From: a virus
Taxonomy: Duplodnaviria; Caudoviricetes
IMG/VR virus record: IMGVR_UViG_3300032007_000084
Coordinates: 1,565-65,564 of that record
Reading direction: 5' to 3' (one strand)
DNA: 64,000 nt
Part shown: piece after piece, positions 48,123 to 58,836 of the stretch
How positions within the stretch are numbered: the stretch's first letter is position 1
Layout: the number at the start of each line of letters is the position of its first letter
Position numbers and translations under genes: made by a program
The notes under the pieces: model-generated
Seen by the model: the letters and a program-made list of their open reading frames with translations, nothing else
The model's database searches: none
Told to the model about the DNA's origin: nothing

Positions 48123-51100
48123 TTAAGCATATTCTGCTGGCATTTGATAACGTTTCAAATCTTCATCTTCTGGATCTTTCATACCATACGTCGTATTACG
48201 GTCAATAGTAGTCTTAGGATCTCTCAGAGCAACCGTATTCTTCGGATTCTCAGAAGTCGTTTTTACGTCTTCCTTGAATTCCATACCAGTATCGTACACA
48301 TGCGTGTAGGTATAAGTACGTGTGTCGTAAATACCCTTCGTAACAGTAGCTTTCATCATCGCATCATAGGTATTCTGCGTAGGATCACTGGAATCATACG
48401 TATACTTATAACCATGCTGACGATAGTCTGCTTCATCCATCGTAATCCTCGGATCATAGTTAATGACTGTTTCATCAAAGCGTTCTTGCTCTGGTGCTTG
48501 AGGATATTTCGATGGATCTGTACCATATTCAGCAAGCGTCTTATCATGATCAAACCAGTAGTGTTTCTTCACGGATTCTTTGTACTTCACACGATCATCT
48601 GCATTCAAGAGCAAACGTCCGTTCTCATTGAACACATGATGATACGGTTCCAAATCTACACGAGTATCACCATTGAGATAATGATACATCACATAATCAC
48701 GGAAGAAGTTATAGTACCAATCACAGATATCATCAACATCTTCAATCGTAGGATCAATCGAAACTGTACGAAGTTCACGAAGAAGTGCTTCATAGAAATC
48801 TGCTTCAGGAGATACTTTATCTTCCTCGAAGAGTTTATCCATGATGAAATCGCTCTTATCTGCCCAATCATACTTTTCGTAATAATCAGGAATCGAGCAT
48901 TTCTCATAGATCTCCAAGGTCGATACCGTACCAAATTTTCCAAGTGTCGTCAGAACGAAACAGAACGGAGCGATCATGTCGATATCATACTTCGTCAGAC
49001 GGAAACCATTCAGGTAGATATCATGGTATGCAAGATTTACTGGACGGGAAAGTTTTCCATCCAATTCTACTAAACCATTCGTTGGAATCTTATCTGTATG
49101 ATAAACTAAACGCTCGTCATATCCAATATACGAAACCATGAACGTACGTTCCGTTCCCGGCTGAATCGGAATATTGAACTTCGGAGGTTTGAAGTAGTTA
49201 TCATACTTATAGATCTGATATGAACGTTTCGTAATCAGACGACCATCTTCCGTATAAATACGAAGACGATGACCAAAGTCTTGCTCTGCTTTGCAGATAG
49301 CATCTTTTGGATTCAGTGTAACTTCTGAAGGATCTTTCGTGATGAAATCATCACCGATTTCTTTCGCCTTGTATTGGAACGTGATATCATTCGAGCAGAA
49401 GAGAACTTCATCTCCCTCAAATTTATCCGTAGGAACGAAACGAATCTTCGATTTCGTTGAAACGATAAAGAGAGACGTATTCAAATCCACTTGGATTTCT
49501 CCGAGTTCTGGATCAATGATATACGTTTCCACTTCTCCATTCTTCAGGAATTCACCCGTAGAAGAAACAAGGAAGAAGTTATTCGCAACGGTATCATAGT
49601 GCATGATACGCTTCAGTTCCAGTGTGGTACCTTCCTTCGGAAGTTTTACACGATAGGAGAAGTAGTTCGAATCAAAACGCTCCACTTCAATCACACTATC
49701 GAGTGTAATCTTCGATGCAGGGAAATACACATGCTGGTATCCGCGATAGATGATAATACGAGTTGGAATCGTATACTTACCATCAATAAAGAAACAGAAG
49801 CTATTTGCATCACCAAGCATCGCATTATGTACATAACTGAATACATACTGCGGCTCTTTGAAGTGATAGATAAAGTCTTCGTTTCCATCCACATCAATCG
49901 AACTATCCATACGAAGTTTCTCATTCATATTCTTATAGTTCGAAATCTTATGATACCAACCAGAGAGAAATCCATACGTGCGACGTTGATATTCATCGTA
50001 AAACTTATACCATTTCTTCATCATATGAGAAATCGTATAAACCTTATAGAGTAACGGCGTCCAACGATTCTTCAAATCGAGTTCATTGTATGGATTATCT
50101 TTCAGATATTGCTCTTCGTTATACGTCCATTTAACTGGTTTATATTCCATTAACGTCTTCGGAAGATATGCAGGTGTATAAGTCTCATACGTTTCCATAC
50201 CTTCCAAATAACGACGAACTTCATTATCATACACGATGTGTTCGTTTTCACTGTTCTCTTCATAGAGCTCAATGATACGAAGATTGTATTTATTCGGGTT
50301 ATCAATACTATAGATATTTGGATAGTATTCCGTAATACTAACGGAACCATCATTCATCTGATATACATGATCCTTACAGATCATAATAATCATATTATCC
50401 TTTGGAAGAGGCATCTTATGCTCATGAAACTGGAGCCATTTCGTTGTGAAATTGTAATCTCCAATCTCATGCATATTACGGATACCAACGACCATCAGAT
50501 GGAATTTCGTTACATCGGTAGGAAGCATGGTTCCAACGGTAAACTTCTTGGTATCATCGTCATACGAGACACCAGGAACCATATAGCCAATATTCGTTTC
50601 CTTATTGATCCAGAAAGCAATATAGTTTTTGATCTTATAGAAATACGGAGCTGCTTGGAAATGAGAAGCATCCGTCGTCGTAGCAGAGAAATCATCTGCG
50701 GTAGGATCAAAGAAGATACTATTAATGGATTCTGGAAGGAAATAGACTGTGATTTCCTTAATCGTAGGATCAAAATCTTTCTTCAAGAAGCAAAGGTTAA
50801 TGGAACTATTCACTGCTTTCACACGATAGTTCGTAATAATCTTCGGACCTGAAGTTACCAAGAGGGTGTACGTATAGAATTTACCATTGGCATTGATGGT
50901 TTCATAATCCACGTATTTATTGAAGAATTCCGAACGTTTGAAACGTTCACGATCTTTCGGATTAATAATCCGATGACGAATGGTGAACTCATAGACACGA
51001 TCATATGTTTTACTATACGCTCCTTTGAGCATATAGTTTCTTGCTTTATCCATGGAAAGTGTTACATGGTACAATCCAACGAGTTCCAACTGCATTCGAT

Positions 51101-51311
51101 AGTCATAATCATAGGACTTCAATTTCATATCCTTGAAGAATTCCGTTAAAATCCTAGGATTGATACTACCATTGGAAATGGATTGCATCACATAATTCTT
51201 CTGCTTATGGAAGATTTCAGGGTCATTTGGATTCCATACGTCAAAAGGACGTTCTGGATTAAACTTCACTTCCTCTTCCACTTCAGAAGTTGCATTCGGA
51301 GTATCAGACAT
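48123..51311 (-). CDS. large virion structural protein (1062 aa)
   Basis: AAAGGAG RBS, beta-rich aromatic composition, and position in the late block. Confidence 0.7.
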   Translation of the reverse strand: MSDTPNATSEVEEEVKFNPERPFDVWNPNDPEIFHKQKNYVMQSISNGSINPRILTEFFKDMKLKSYDYDYRMQLELVGLYHVTLSMDKARNYMLKGAYSKTYDRVYEFTIRHRIINPKDRERFKRSEFFNKYVDYETINANGKFYTYTLLVTSGPKIITNYRVKAVNSSINLCFLKKDFDPTIKEITVYFLPESINSIFFDPTADDFSATTTDASHFQAAPYFYKIKNYIAFWINKETNIGYMVPGVSYDDDTKKFTVGTMLPTDVTKFHLMVVGIRNMHEIGDYNFTTKWLQFHEHKMPLPKDNMIIMICKDHVYQMNDGSVSITEYYPNIYSIDNPNKYNLRIIELYEENSENEHIVYDNEVRRYLEGMETYETYTPAYLPKTLMEYKPVKWTYNEEQYLKDNPYNELDLKNRWTPLLYKVYTISHMMKKWYKFYDEYQRRTYGFLSGWYHKISNYKNMNEKLRMDSSIDVDGNEDFIYHFKEPQYVFSYVHNAMLGDANSFCFFIDGKYTIPTRIIIYRGYQHVYFPASKITLDSVIEVERFDSNYFSYRVKLPKEGTTLELKRIMHYDTVANNFFLVSSTGEFLKNGEVETYIIDPELGEIQVDLNTSLFIVSTKSKIRFVPTDKFEGDEVLFCSNDITFQYKAKEIGDDFITKDPSEVTLNPKDAICKAEQDFGHRLRIYTEDGRLITKRSYQIYKYDNYFKPPKFNIPIQPGTERTFMVSYIGYDERLVYHTDKIPTNGLVELDGKLSRPVNLAYHDIYLNGFRLTKYDIDMIAPFCFVLTTLGKFGTVSTLEIYEKCSIPDYYEKYDWADKSDFIMDKLFEEDKVSPEADFYEALLRELRTVSIDPTIEDVDDICDWYYNFFRDYVMYHYLNGDTRVDLEPYHHVFNENGRLLLNADDRVKYKESVKKHYWFDHDKTLAEYGTDPSKYPQAPEQERFDETVINYDPRITMDEADYRQHGYKYTYDSSDPTQNTYDAMMKATVTKGIYDTRTYTYTHVYDTGMEFKEDVKTTSENPKNTVALRDPKTTIDRNTTYGMKDPEDEDLKRYQMPAEYA

Positions 51312-51343
51312 TCGTATTCACTCCTTTCGTTAAAATTGTGATG

Positions 51344-52333
51344 TTAGTAACCTTTTACCGCATTTGCAATATATGCGTAGAATTTATCACCATTTTTCGT
51401 GCCAATCGCAGCATCCCATGCATAGATATCATTGATATGCACACGATTGATTGCTGCAATGACTGCGAAAATGAAGTAAGCAAGATGTTCCAACCCAAAG
51501 AGGGAAGAATTGTGATACGTACGAATGAAACTCTGTACGTAGCTACGAACAGTCAGTTTCTCCAAACCAGAGATAATCATATATCCAGCATGAGAAAGAG
51601 CTGTGATAAACGTAGAGATATCTTTGTAATCCTCTGGTTTTACAGAATCATTCAGGCGTTTAATCGTAATCGGAGAGATATTACCAGCAACTTTCATTGC
51701 ATAGTTAAATACCAGATCCGTATCTTTCATCTGAAGCAAATTGATAAAGTAGAACTTCGCTGCAAGGAAGAGTACCTTACTATATGCTTCTTTATTGACA
51801 TTTAGAGCATAATCACGATTCAAAACGCGCGTAAACATCTGTGCCCAAATGGAAGCACCTTCGCTATAAATCGTGGTATTATGACGAATGGAATTGAATC
51901 CAAGATACAATCCACGGCCAATGAAAGCTCCTTCTAAGAAGCAATAGAGTTTATTCGGATCAATCGTAACATGCTTCGTATCTTTATCAATCGTTGCCCA
52001 GTTATCAATGAAGGCAACGGAGTTAACTTCTCCTGTACGAGAACCCGTTAAGATAAACGGAAGACTCGTAGGAATCTTATGGTTTGCAGTGATACCTTTC
52101 GGATACATCATCGGTTTGATGGAACCATTCTTCACAGCATCCATAACCGCAGTTTTCAAAGGATATTTGAAGTAACTTTCAATTGTAGAATACTGTGTCG
52201 AAAGCATTTCAGGAGTACATACAATACCCTTATGCATCATGGTATCAATGCAAGAATCAAAGGCTTTATTTTCTTTATTCAAAATTTCATACAGATACGT
52301 TTGTCGAATGGACTTCATTTTCTCTAAAGCCAT
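51344..52333 (-). CDS. probable virion protein
   Basis: 329-aa ORF with AAGGAAGG RBS in the same operon. Confidence 0.7.
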   Translation of the reverse strand: MALEKMKSIRQTYLYEILNKENKAFDSCIDTMMHKGIVCTPEMLSTQYSTIESYFKYPLKTAVMDAVKNGSIKPMMYPKGITANHKIPTSLPFILTGSRTGEVNSVAFIDNWATIDKDTKHVTIDPNKLYCFLEGAFIGRGLYLGFNSIRHNTTIYSEGASIWAQMFTRVLNRDYALNVNKEAYSKVLFLAAKFYFINLLQMKDTDLVFNYAMKVAGNISPITIKRLNDSVKPEDYKDISTFITALSHAGYMIISGLEKLTVRSYVQSFIRTYHNSSLFGLEHLAYFIFAVIAAINRVHINDIYAWDAAIGTKNGDKFYAYIANAVKGY

Positions 52334-52357
52334 AATTCGAAATCCTTCCTTTCTATA

Positions 52358-52828
52358 TTAGATATCTTCAAACCGAATTCCCGCACGAACATCCAATTTC
52401 TTATTATAGATCATAAGAGTATATGATTCTATATAAGGAAGTGGTGCGCGGGAATCATAGTTTTGGGTACGAATCACAACCATATTCTCATCCATATCTT
52501 GATATTCACTAGGAACATCATGATTAATCGTATGAGTAAAATGGTTTGGATAAGCGGTTTCGAACTTTTCATAACATCCAAAGTTCAATGGATGCAACTG
52601 ATAGATGACATCTTCGATCTCAAACAAACTATGCATACGAGTGAACTTAATATTCTTCATGAGATGAATATTATTCACAAAATTTTCGAAGCTAGATTGA
52701 AGATCAATCTTGCAAGATACTGGATTCACATTGTACATCGTTAGCACCTCTGCAAGACGCTTACAATCATCATCACTCATAGTTAGCTGATAATCATCTT
52801 TTAAAGTTTCGAATAAGGACTTATTCAT
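52358..52828 (-). CDS. hypothetical protein
   Basis: 156-aa ORF with GGGGT RBS and late motif at 52869-52880. Confidence 0.65.
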   Translation of the reverse strand: MNKSLFETLKDDYQLTMSDDDCKRLAEVLTMYNVNPVSCKIDLQSSFENFVNNIHLMKNIKFTRMHSLFEIEDVIYQLHPLNFGCYEKFETAYPNHFTHTINHDVPSEYQDMDENMVVIRTQNYDSRAPLPYIESYTLMIYNKKLDVRAGIRFEDI

Positions 52829-52991
52829 AATAGAAATTACCCCCTATAAAACCTTTAACTATATACGTTAAGAAAATGTCGCATACATGAAGGAATACAG
52901 TTTATACTTGTATTCCTTCATAATTTATTCGGATAAGAACAAAAAAGAAAGAAGCTGTAACTAGAATGACTTCTTTCTTTTCAGGAATTAG

Positions 52992-53147
52992 TTAAGATGC
53001 TCTCTCAACTGTTTCCCTATTGAGGTTTTCGATACGCCGGAGTTCAGCGTTTACTTTATCGATCTCCTCTTTGATTTGGGCGGTTCTGTCAAACCGACCC
53101 TCGATGGCATTTGGTTTGTGCCACCAATAAAGAAGGGACTTATCCAT
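52992..53147 (-). CDS. small hypothetical protein, 51 aa (missed by ORF track)
   Basis: MDKSLLYWWHKPNAIEGRFDRTAQIKEEIDKVNAELRRIENLNRETVERAS. AAAGGAG RBS, with a terminator downstream. Confidence 0.65.
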   Translation of the reverse strand: MDKSLLYWWHKPNAIEGRFDRTAQIKEEIDKVNAELRRIENLNRETVERAS

Positions 53148-53293
53148 TGTGATATTCTCCTTTCTGCTCCTAGTTCGGGAGCTATGGATGAAGCATTTCT
53201 AATATGCTTCATCCATTATCTTATGAATATAATATAGACGAAATAAGGGTTAATTGAGACTATGATAGAATAACTATCATAGTCTCAATTTCA

Positions 53294-53731
53294 TCACATA
53301 ATCTCAAACTTATCTTTCATATCGTCTGCTAAAGAAACTTTAATCTCTTTATCTTTGATTTCTTTCATGAGTTTATTATCCACCGTATCAATGGTTGCTG
53401 CATATGCGCAGCATCCATGTGGCGTATGAACCAATACTTCCATGTAATTTGGATTCTGTGGGTGTTTAAATACAGAAAGCAATTGGAGTTTCGTTTGGAA
53501 GTTCACTTTACGAGCAACGTCAACCAATTCATCCGGTTCAATCGACTTGATGATATGGTTAATCTCTCTTACCTCTGGTAAGCAATATTTTCCTTTCGTT
53601 GGAATCAGTACCAAAGGATGATTTGCATCTAGCATCTGACCTGTCTTATACCGACCTTTAATCTCTTCACTCTTTCGTCCAGAAAGACGATTGACACAAC
53701 GAAGAAGATGCTTTAACTTTTTCAGTTTCAT
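53294..53731 (-). CDS. hypothetical protein
   Basis: 145-aa ORF abutting the upstream gene, followed by a hairpin at ~53255-53289. Confidence 0.65.
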   Translation of the reverse strand: MKLKKLKHLLRCVNRLSGRKSEEIKGRYKTGQMLDANHPLVLIPTKGKYCLPEVREINHIIKSIEPDELVDVARKVNFQTKLQLLSVFKHPQNPNYMEVLVHTPHGCCAYAATIDTVDNKLMKEIKDKEIKVSLADDMKDKFEIM

Positions 53732-53732
53732 T

Positions 53733-55073
53733 TTATTTCTTCTCTCCCTTAACTTTCACAGAAGATGTTTGGTCTTCTGATTCATATCTATTCTTCAGAT
53801 CACTGATGATATTTGCCAACTCCATGATCTTCAAGTTATTCACATAGATCAAAAGACGATAGGTTGCTGTTTTGGATTTATTCCAAATCAGGATTCGTTG
53901 ATGATCTAAATCTAACTCATAATCAATGGGAGGTTTTGCCTTATCATGATTGAGCATTTTATTATTCTTCATCATGACGAAATCAAAGAGTGTTTCATAT
54001 GCCATGCCATTCTTATTGTAATACTCTATAATTTCATCCAATGCGCTATCTTTAAATATGTTGGAAAGATCCAGGATATCTGGTTCCTCTCTAGGAATCT
54101 CTGGATCCGTATTAAAGATATTGGTGAAGAATAACTTGAAGCCATCCTTATTCTCTGTACGGAATACATTATTCATAGTATACATCGGAATGTATGAAAT
54201 ACCAGAAGAAGTATCCATATGAACCACTTCATTCGCTTTCAGCATTTCATTATCCGTTTCCGTAGAAAGTTGATACATTGCAATTGTATTGAATTCCGTC
54301 GTAAAGGTAAAGGTAATATTCGAGTTTTCATTCGTTTGGCCCTTACGATTTGCATCCTCTAGGTTGAAATCCGTAAAGACGCATTCAATCGTCTCTGGAT
54401 AATAGAGGAAGAAATCATCCTGTTGCGTTCCAGAATTCTTCTTATATGTGAAATACTTATTTGCATGCGCCATTAAGTAATTCAAAAAAATTCTTGGAGT
54501 TCCACTTTCCGGATGATAAATAGGAATATCCGCTAACTTACTGATTGTTTCCATAATACCAAAGGGAATTAGAATCTCTGTGGCTGTTTTCATCCAGTAA
54601 GGACGATCAGAATCAAACCGATTTCGAAGTTGGAGATAAATATTCTGTTGCTGGATATCGGTATCAAACATCAATGTCACAAGACACTGAACTCTCATAC
54701 GATTGAGTTTATAAGAAAGCGTAATATCTTTCTCATTATCACGGAAGCATCGAATATACTCACTACGATCAGGATTATTTGCAGTTCCAATGATCGGATA
54801 CATCCAAGGAGAACGGGCAAGAAAAATATCATCATCAAAGAGAATCGGTCTTGGACGAACTACGAGAATTGGTCGAGATTTCTTAATGAATCCTCCACGA
54901 ATTTGAGCCTCTTCTTGCATGAACTCCTTATATGCAATGCGCGTTCCTAAATGAACGTAATTAAAAAAATTCTCTGGGAAAAGAGAACGAAGATACTCTA
55001 CCATAATGAAAGTTACATTTCCTATGGTATGAGCAATATTTGTATTTGCCAACGCAGCATACATGATACACAT
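53733..55073 (-). CDS. probable virion structural protein
   Basis: 446-aa ORF with late motif at 55086-55097. Confidence 0.65.
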   Translation of the reverse strand: MCIMYAALANTNIAHTIGNVTFIMVEYLRSLFPENFFNYVHLGTRIAYKEFMQEEAQIRGGFIKKSRPILVVRPRPILFDDDIFLARSPWMYPIIGTANNPDRSEYIRCFRDNEKDITLSYKLNRMRVQCLVTLMFDTDIQQQNIYLQLRNRFDSDRPYWMKTATEILIPFGIMETISKLADIPIYHPESGTPRIFLNYLMAHANKYFTYKKNSGTQQDDFFLYYPETIECVFTDFNLEDANRKGQTNENSNITFTFTTEFNTIAMYQLSTETDNEMLKANEVVHMDTSSGISYIPMYTMNNVFRTENKDGFKLFFTNIFNTDPEIPREEPDILDLSNIFKDSALDEIIEYYNKNGMAYETLFDFVMMKNNKMLNHDKAKPPIDYELDLDHQRILIWNKSKTATYRLLIYVNNLKIMELANIISDLKNRYESEDQTSSVKVKGEKK

Positions 55074-55178
55074 TCACCTGCCTTTTAGATGCTTGTCAAG
55101 TGGAGTATGATTTGAAGAAAAAAAGAATGCCAGTGGCATTTCTCCTTTCCTTCGTTCGCAACGCTGCCGCGCTGCTTC

Positions 55179-55379
55179 TCAGTTACCCTTGATAAAATCA
55201 TCCTTCAAGCGTTTTTGTTCCATCAGAAAATCGTAGAGAGCGTCAGCAACGTCCTCCAGATCCTTATAGGAATCATAGCTCCATGCGATATTTATCAACA
55301 GTCTCCTGAGATCATAGTAAACATTTTCTTCATTTTTCTCGTTGATACTATCTCTGAGATCTTTAACTTCATTCATCAT
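55179..55379 (-). CDS. hypothetical protein
   Basis: GGGGTG RBS, overlapping the upstream gene. Confidence 0.6.
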   Translation of the reverse strand: MMNEVKDLRDSINEKNEENVYYDLRRLLINIAWSYDSYKDLEDVADALYDFLMEQKRLKDDFIKGN

Positions 55380-55692
55380 TATCACCCCAATAGTCATTTT
55401 TGTTCTCCCACTCGTCCACGGCATTTGCTACCGTGACCCAGGAGTCGCTACACTTAAATGCGTGATCGTAGAACGCAAGCTGAATTGCCTGCATCTTGTT
55501 CTTCGACTCATACTCATAATCGCGGTGCACGAGATCCGGATGATGATTAAATAAGTGAAGAAGCCTCATACGGTTGCTAGCCGTATTTTCGAAAGCGTAA
55601 TTGATAAGCTCATACTCATATCCCGGATTTTCAACCGGAATAACCACAATTGTATCGGGATTGATTTTTACTGCTTTGAATTCCTTTTTCAT
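55369..55692 (-). CDS. hypothetical early protein
   Basis: AAGGGGG RBS. Early motif at 55739-55750. Confidence 0.65.
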   Translation of the reverse strand: MKKEFKAVKINPDTIVVIPVENPGYEYELINYAFENTASNRMRLLHLFNHHPDLVHRDYEYESKNKMQAIQLAFYDHAFKCSDSWVTVANAVDEWENKNDYWGDNDE

Positions 55693-56355
55693 TTTTATTG
55701 CCCCCTTAAGTATTCGAGCTTTATTCATCTACGCAAATATAATATATATTTGAAATCCTGAGTTTTTGATTTTTCTATGATCCGTCATGTATATAATTAA
55801 AGACAAATATATGCTGTAAAGAAAAAAATAAAGTGGTATGATCATAATCATCCTGATGCACATACCGCTGACTGGAATGATATTGCAGCAGATGCTGTTG
55901 GTGCATTCGGTACCGAAGGTTGTATTTGGTTGATTCATAAGAGATTTTGACAAAAAGTATCCTACTACAAAAGCAGTTATGGCAATGGTTGCTGAATTCA
56001 GGCTGCATCTGTAGTAGGATTTTTGAAAGGATGAATAGAAGAAAAACCCAAGTTTACGTCAATTAAGCTTTTCTTCTAATGAGATGTTAGTAAAATAATT
56101 AAGAATAAATCTATTCCAATTTCGGATCATAGAAAGACATAGTAGTAACTGATTCTTTGCCATGGAATCAGCCAACCTCTTAAAAGCTCTTTACCTCAAG
56201 GATGCTTTTGTCATTCTATATCTTCTTTTCTTGGAATCCAATATACGTTACATTCGAATCAGAGAAATCGTCGAGCCTCTGATTCGAATGTAACCAGTTT
56301 TAGAGAAAAAAAGAAAACTGGATGTAGAGTCCAGCTTCCTTTTTTGCTGCGCTTA

Positions 56356-56682
56356 TTAGTTGCGCCAGCCAAAGACCTTCCGGTAAACAAACGCGGCCGC
56401 CATATCATCGCTGAGATATCGGACTTCATCGAAGATCCAGAAAGCCTCGTCGATGATTGACATCTTCATGTCGACGTTGTCCATCAGGTGTTCGATGATT
56501 TCCTGCTCTTTCTTTCCGAGCGTCTCGAAGCACGCCGTAAGCTCCACATGCGTCTTCTCTTCATCGGTAAGAAACAGAAACGTCATCTGGAGATGATTGC
56601 CATCCCAGGTAATTTTCACCGGATTTTCATCGACGTCGATTGCAGTCGTGTACTTGCCGTTTTCGTTACTAAAGATTCTCAT
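56356..56682 (-). CDS. hypothetical protein
   Basis: AGGAGGAG RBS, with terminator hairpins downstream. Confidence 0.7.
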   Translation of the reverse strand: MRIFSNENGKYTTAIDVDENPVKITWDGNHLQMTFLFLTDEEKTHVELTACFETLGKKEQEIIEHLMDNVDMKMSIIDEAFWIFDEVRYLSDDMAAAFVYRKVFGWRN

Positions 56683-56924
56683 GATAAACTCCTCCTATAG
56701 AGTTATCACACTACTTGCGGAACATAGAAAATGCAAGTAGGTAATATCGCTTTCGGCTTTATTACACGATTATGATATCTATTCAAAGTCAAAAAAAAAT
56801 GATTTTCATTGTATGGGTAAATTATAAAAACCAACCATACAATGAAATATATATTATGATTTTGATGCATTTCATTGTATCAAAATAACCAAAGGTATAT
56901 GAATAGAAAAGGAGAGGTGTATCA

Positions 56925-58278
56925 ATGGCAATTGATATCGAGTACGATCTAGAGCCTAGTGATCTGGATCTGCTAGAACGTCTTCTTCCAGAGTTTTACA
57001 ATGGAAGAACCATCGGTCCAAGATTCCGTGATCTCAACTGGGAAGATGAGTTTGAACGGGATATGACTCTTGGGCATGGGTTTGTCGTAAAGACAAAACC
57101 ATTCAAGAAGAAAATTAAGGATAAGGATGGATCGATTCTCTCTCGCGGTATTAAAGAGATGGATGGTATCCATTCTCCTCGTTTTGGTACGGATTACCAA
57201 GACGACAATGCATTTGCAGAGCGTTATTCTTGTGAATGTGGAAATCTCATTGGTCGTGTTCTTGAGGGTGATACTTGCCCGAAGTGCGGAACAAAGGTGA
57301 AATTCGTCGACGTGGATTTGAAGATGTTTGCATGGTTGAAGATCAATCATCCAGACTTCAAGATTATTCATCCGTTGATGTATCGAAAACTGGTTGTGTA
57401 CTTCGGTAGTAAGAATAAGACTCTCGAGCATATGATCCAATTCAATCGCGATATGGATCTGGATGGTCATTATCGCAGATTGGAAAAAGTTGATTATGAT
57501 AAGTACCCATTTTGGGGAATCGGCTTGTATGGATTCTACAAACGGTTCGATGAGATTATGGCATATTATCATAAGCAACGCAAAGCCAAAGAAGAACTCT
57601 ATAAGCATATTATGCAGAATCGGGATAAGATCTTTACATCTGTCGTTCCGGTCTACAGTGCAGTTCTTCGCCAGGTATTTTTCTCAGATGAGGATTATAA
57701 ATATACCAAACTGGATAAGTTTTACAATTCCATGTTTGGTAACTTTCAGCGCTTGAACGAAGAGCATGAAGTAAATGACCGTAATCTGACAAAGATCAAT
57801 CAGAATCTGATTCGTGCACAGAGAAACATGAATAATGCATTTGATCTGATCTTTACGTCGTTGACGGAAAAAGAAGGTTTGATTCGTCGTAACATTCTTG
57901 GTGGACGTATCAACTTCTCTGCTCGCACGGTTATTACACCGAATGCGCATCTTCGTTCATCTAAAATTGAAATCCCATATGTCATGGCAGTTGAACTCTT
58001 CAAGGAGCAAATCATCAATCTCTTAGTAAAGATGGATGGCGAAACTTACAATGAAGCAGTGACTGCATGGTTTAATGGATACATTGATTTCAGTCCAAAG
58101 ATTTATAAGATCATCAAATACATTTTAAAGCATTCAAAGCCAAAGACACTCTTGAATCGTAATCCCACGATAAATTACGGTAGTTATTTATGCATGGGTG
58201 TTAAGAATGTAAAGAAAGATTATGAAGATCTTGCGGCAGGTTTACCAATTGCATGCTTATCGTCGTTAAATGCTGACT
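56925..58278 (+). CDS. phage multisubunit RNAP beta' subunit (probably non-virion RNAP), exon 1
   Basis: GIHSPRFG, Zn finger CECG..CPKC, ILGGRINFSARTVITP, LLNRNPTI. Ends LNAD+t at the intron. Early motif at 56846-56857. Confidence 0.9.
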
Positions 58279-58532
58279 TAACTTATTAAGGTCCATATAT
58301 CAGTAATGGTATATGAAAAGTTCTTTAATTGCTGGGAACTCTCATTAGAGACAATCAGCAGCCAAGCTCGAAAGAGAAGGTTCAACGACTATCCTTTATA
58401 GGAGTACACTCAAGTGAGTGGAAATGGGAACCATCCTAATCATGGATGAAGATATAGTCTGCTCTATATGGTGACATATAGCAGTTCATAAGAGAACGCA
58501 TTAGAAGTAACGAATCTAATGGAACAGAAAGG
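58279..58532 (+). ncRNA. group I intron (IA2-like, ORF-less, 254 nt)
   Basis: Same P/Q/R/S core as the 16114 intron. P1 gact/ggtc. P10 pairs auuaa with exon uugau. Removal restores NADFDGD. Confidence 0.93.
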
Positions 58533-58711
58533 TTGATGGCGATACTTTGAATCATGTATTACTACTTGGGAAAGAGTTCAAGAAAGAATTCAGCCATTGC
58601 TTATCTCCTCGTACTGGTTTTATGATCAGTAAGAATGATGGTAAGTTGGATAGTAACTTTGCTCTGCTGAAAGATCAAATCATTGCGCTTCATGAATTCT
58701 GTGAAGTGTAA
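58533..58711 (+). CDS. RNAP beta' (non-virion type), exon 2
   Basis: After splicing reads FDGDTLNHVLLLGKEFKKEFSHCLSPRTGFMISKNDGKLDSNFALLKDQIIALHEFCEV*. Confidence 0.9.
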
Positions 58712-58836
58712 GTAGCATAGAATGTAAATCAATTCCAAACATTTCGATAGGAATGCAATTCATACATGGAATTGATTTACATTCTTTTTCGTAGCATGAA
58801 TATCATTATTCGTTGTAAAGAAGGAGAAAATGATTT

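Noticed and set aside
55960-56350. tRNA or structured ncRNA in the intergenic gap
   Set aside because: No cloverleaf or T-loop motif. The clear hairpins (~56247-56294, ~56308-56345) are explained as terminators of the 56356 gene, and the others are too weak to call.
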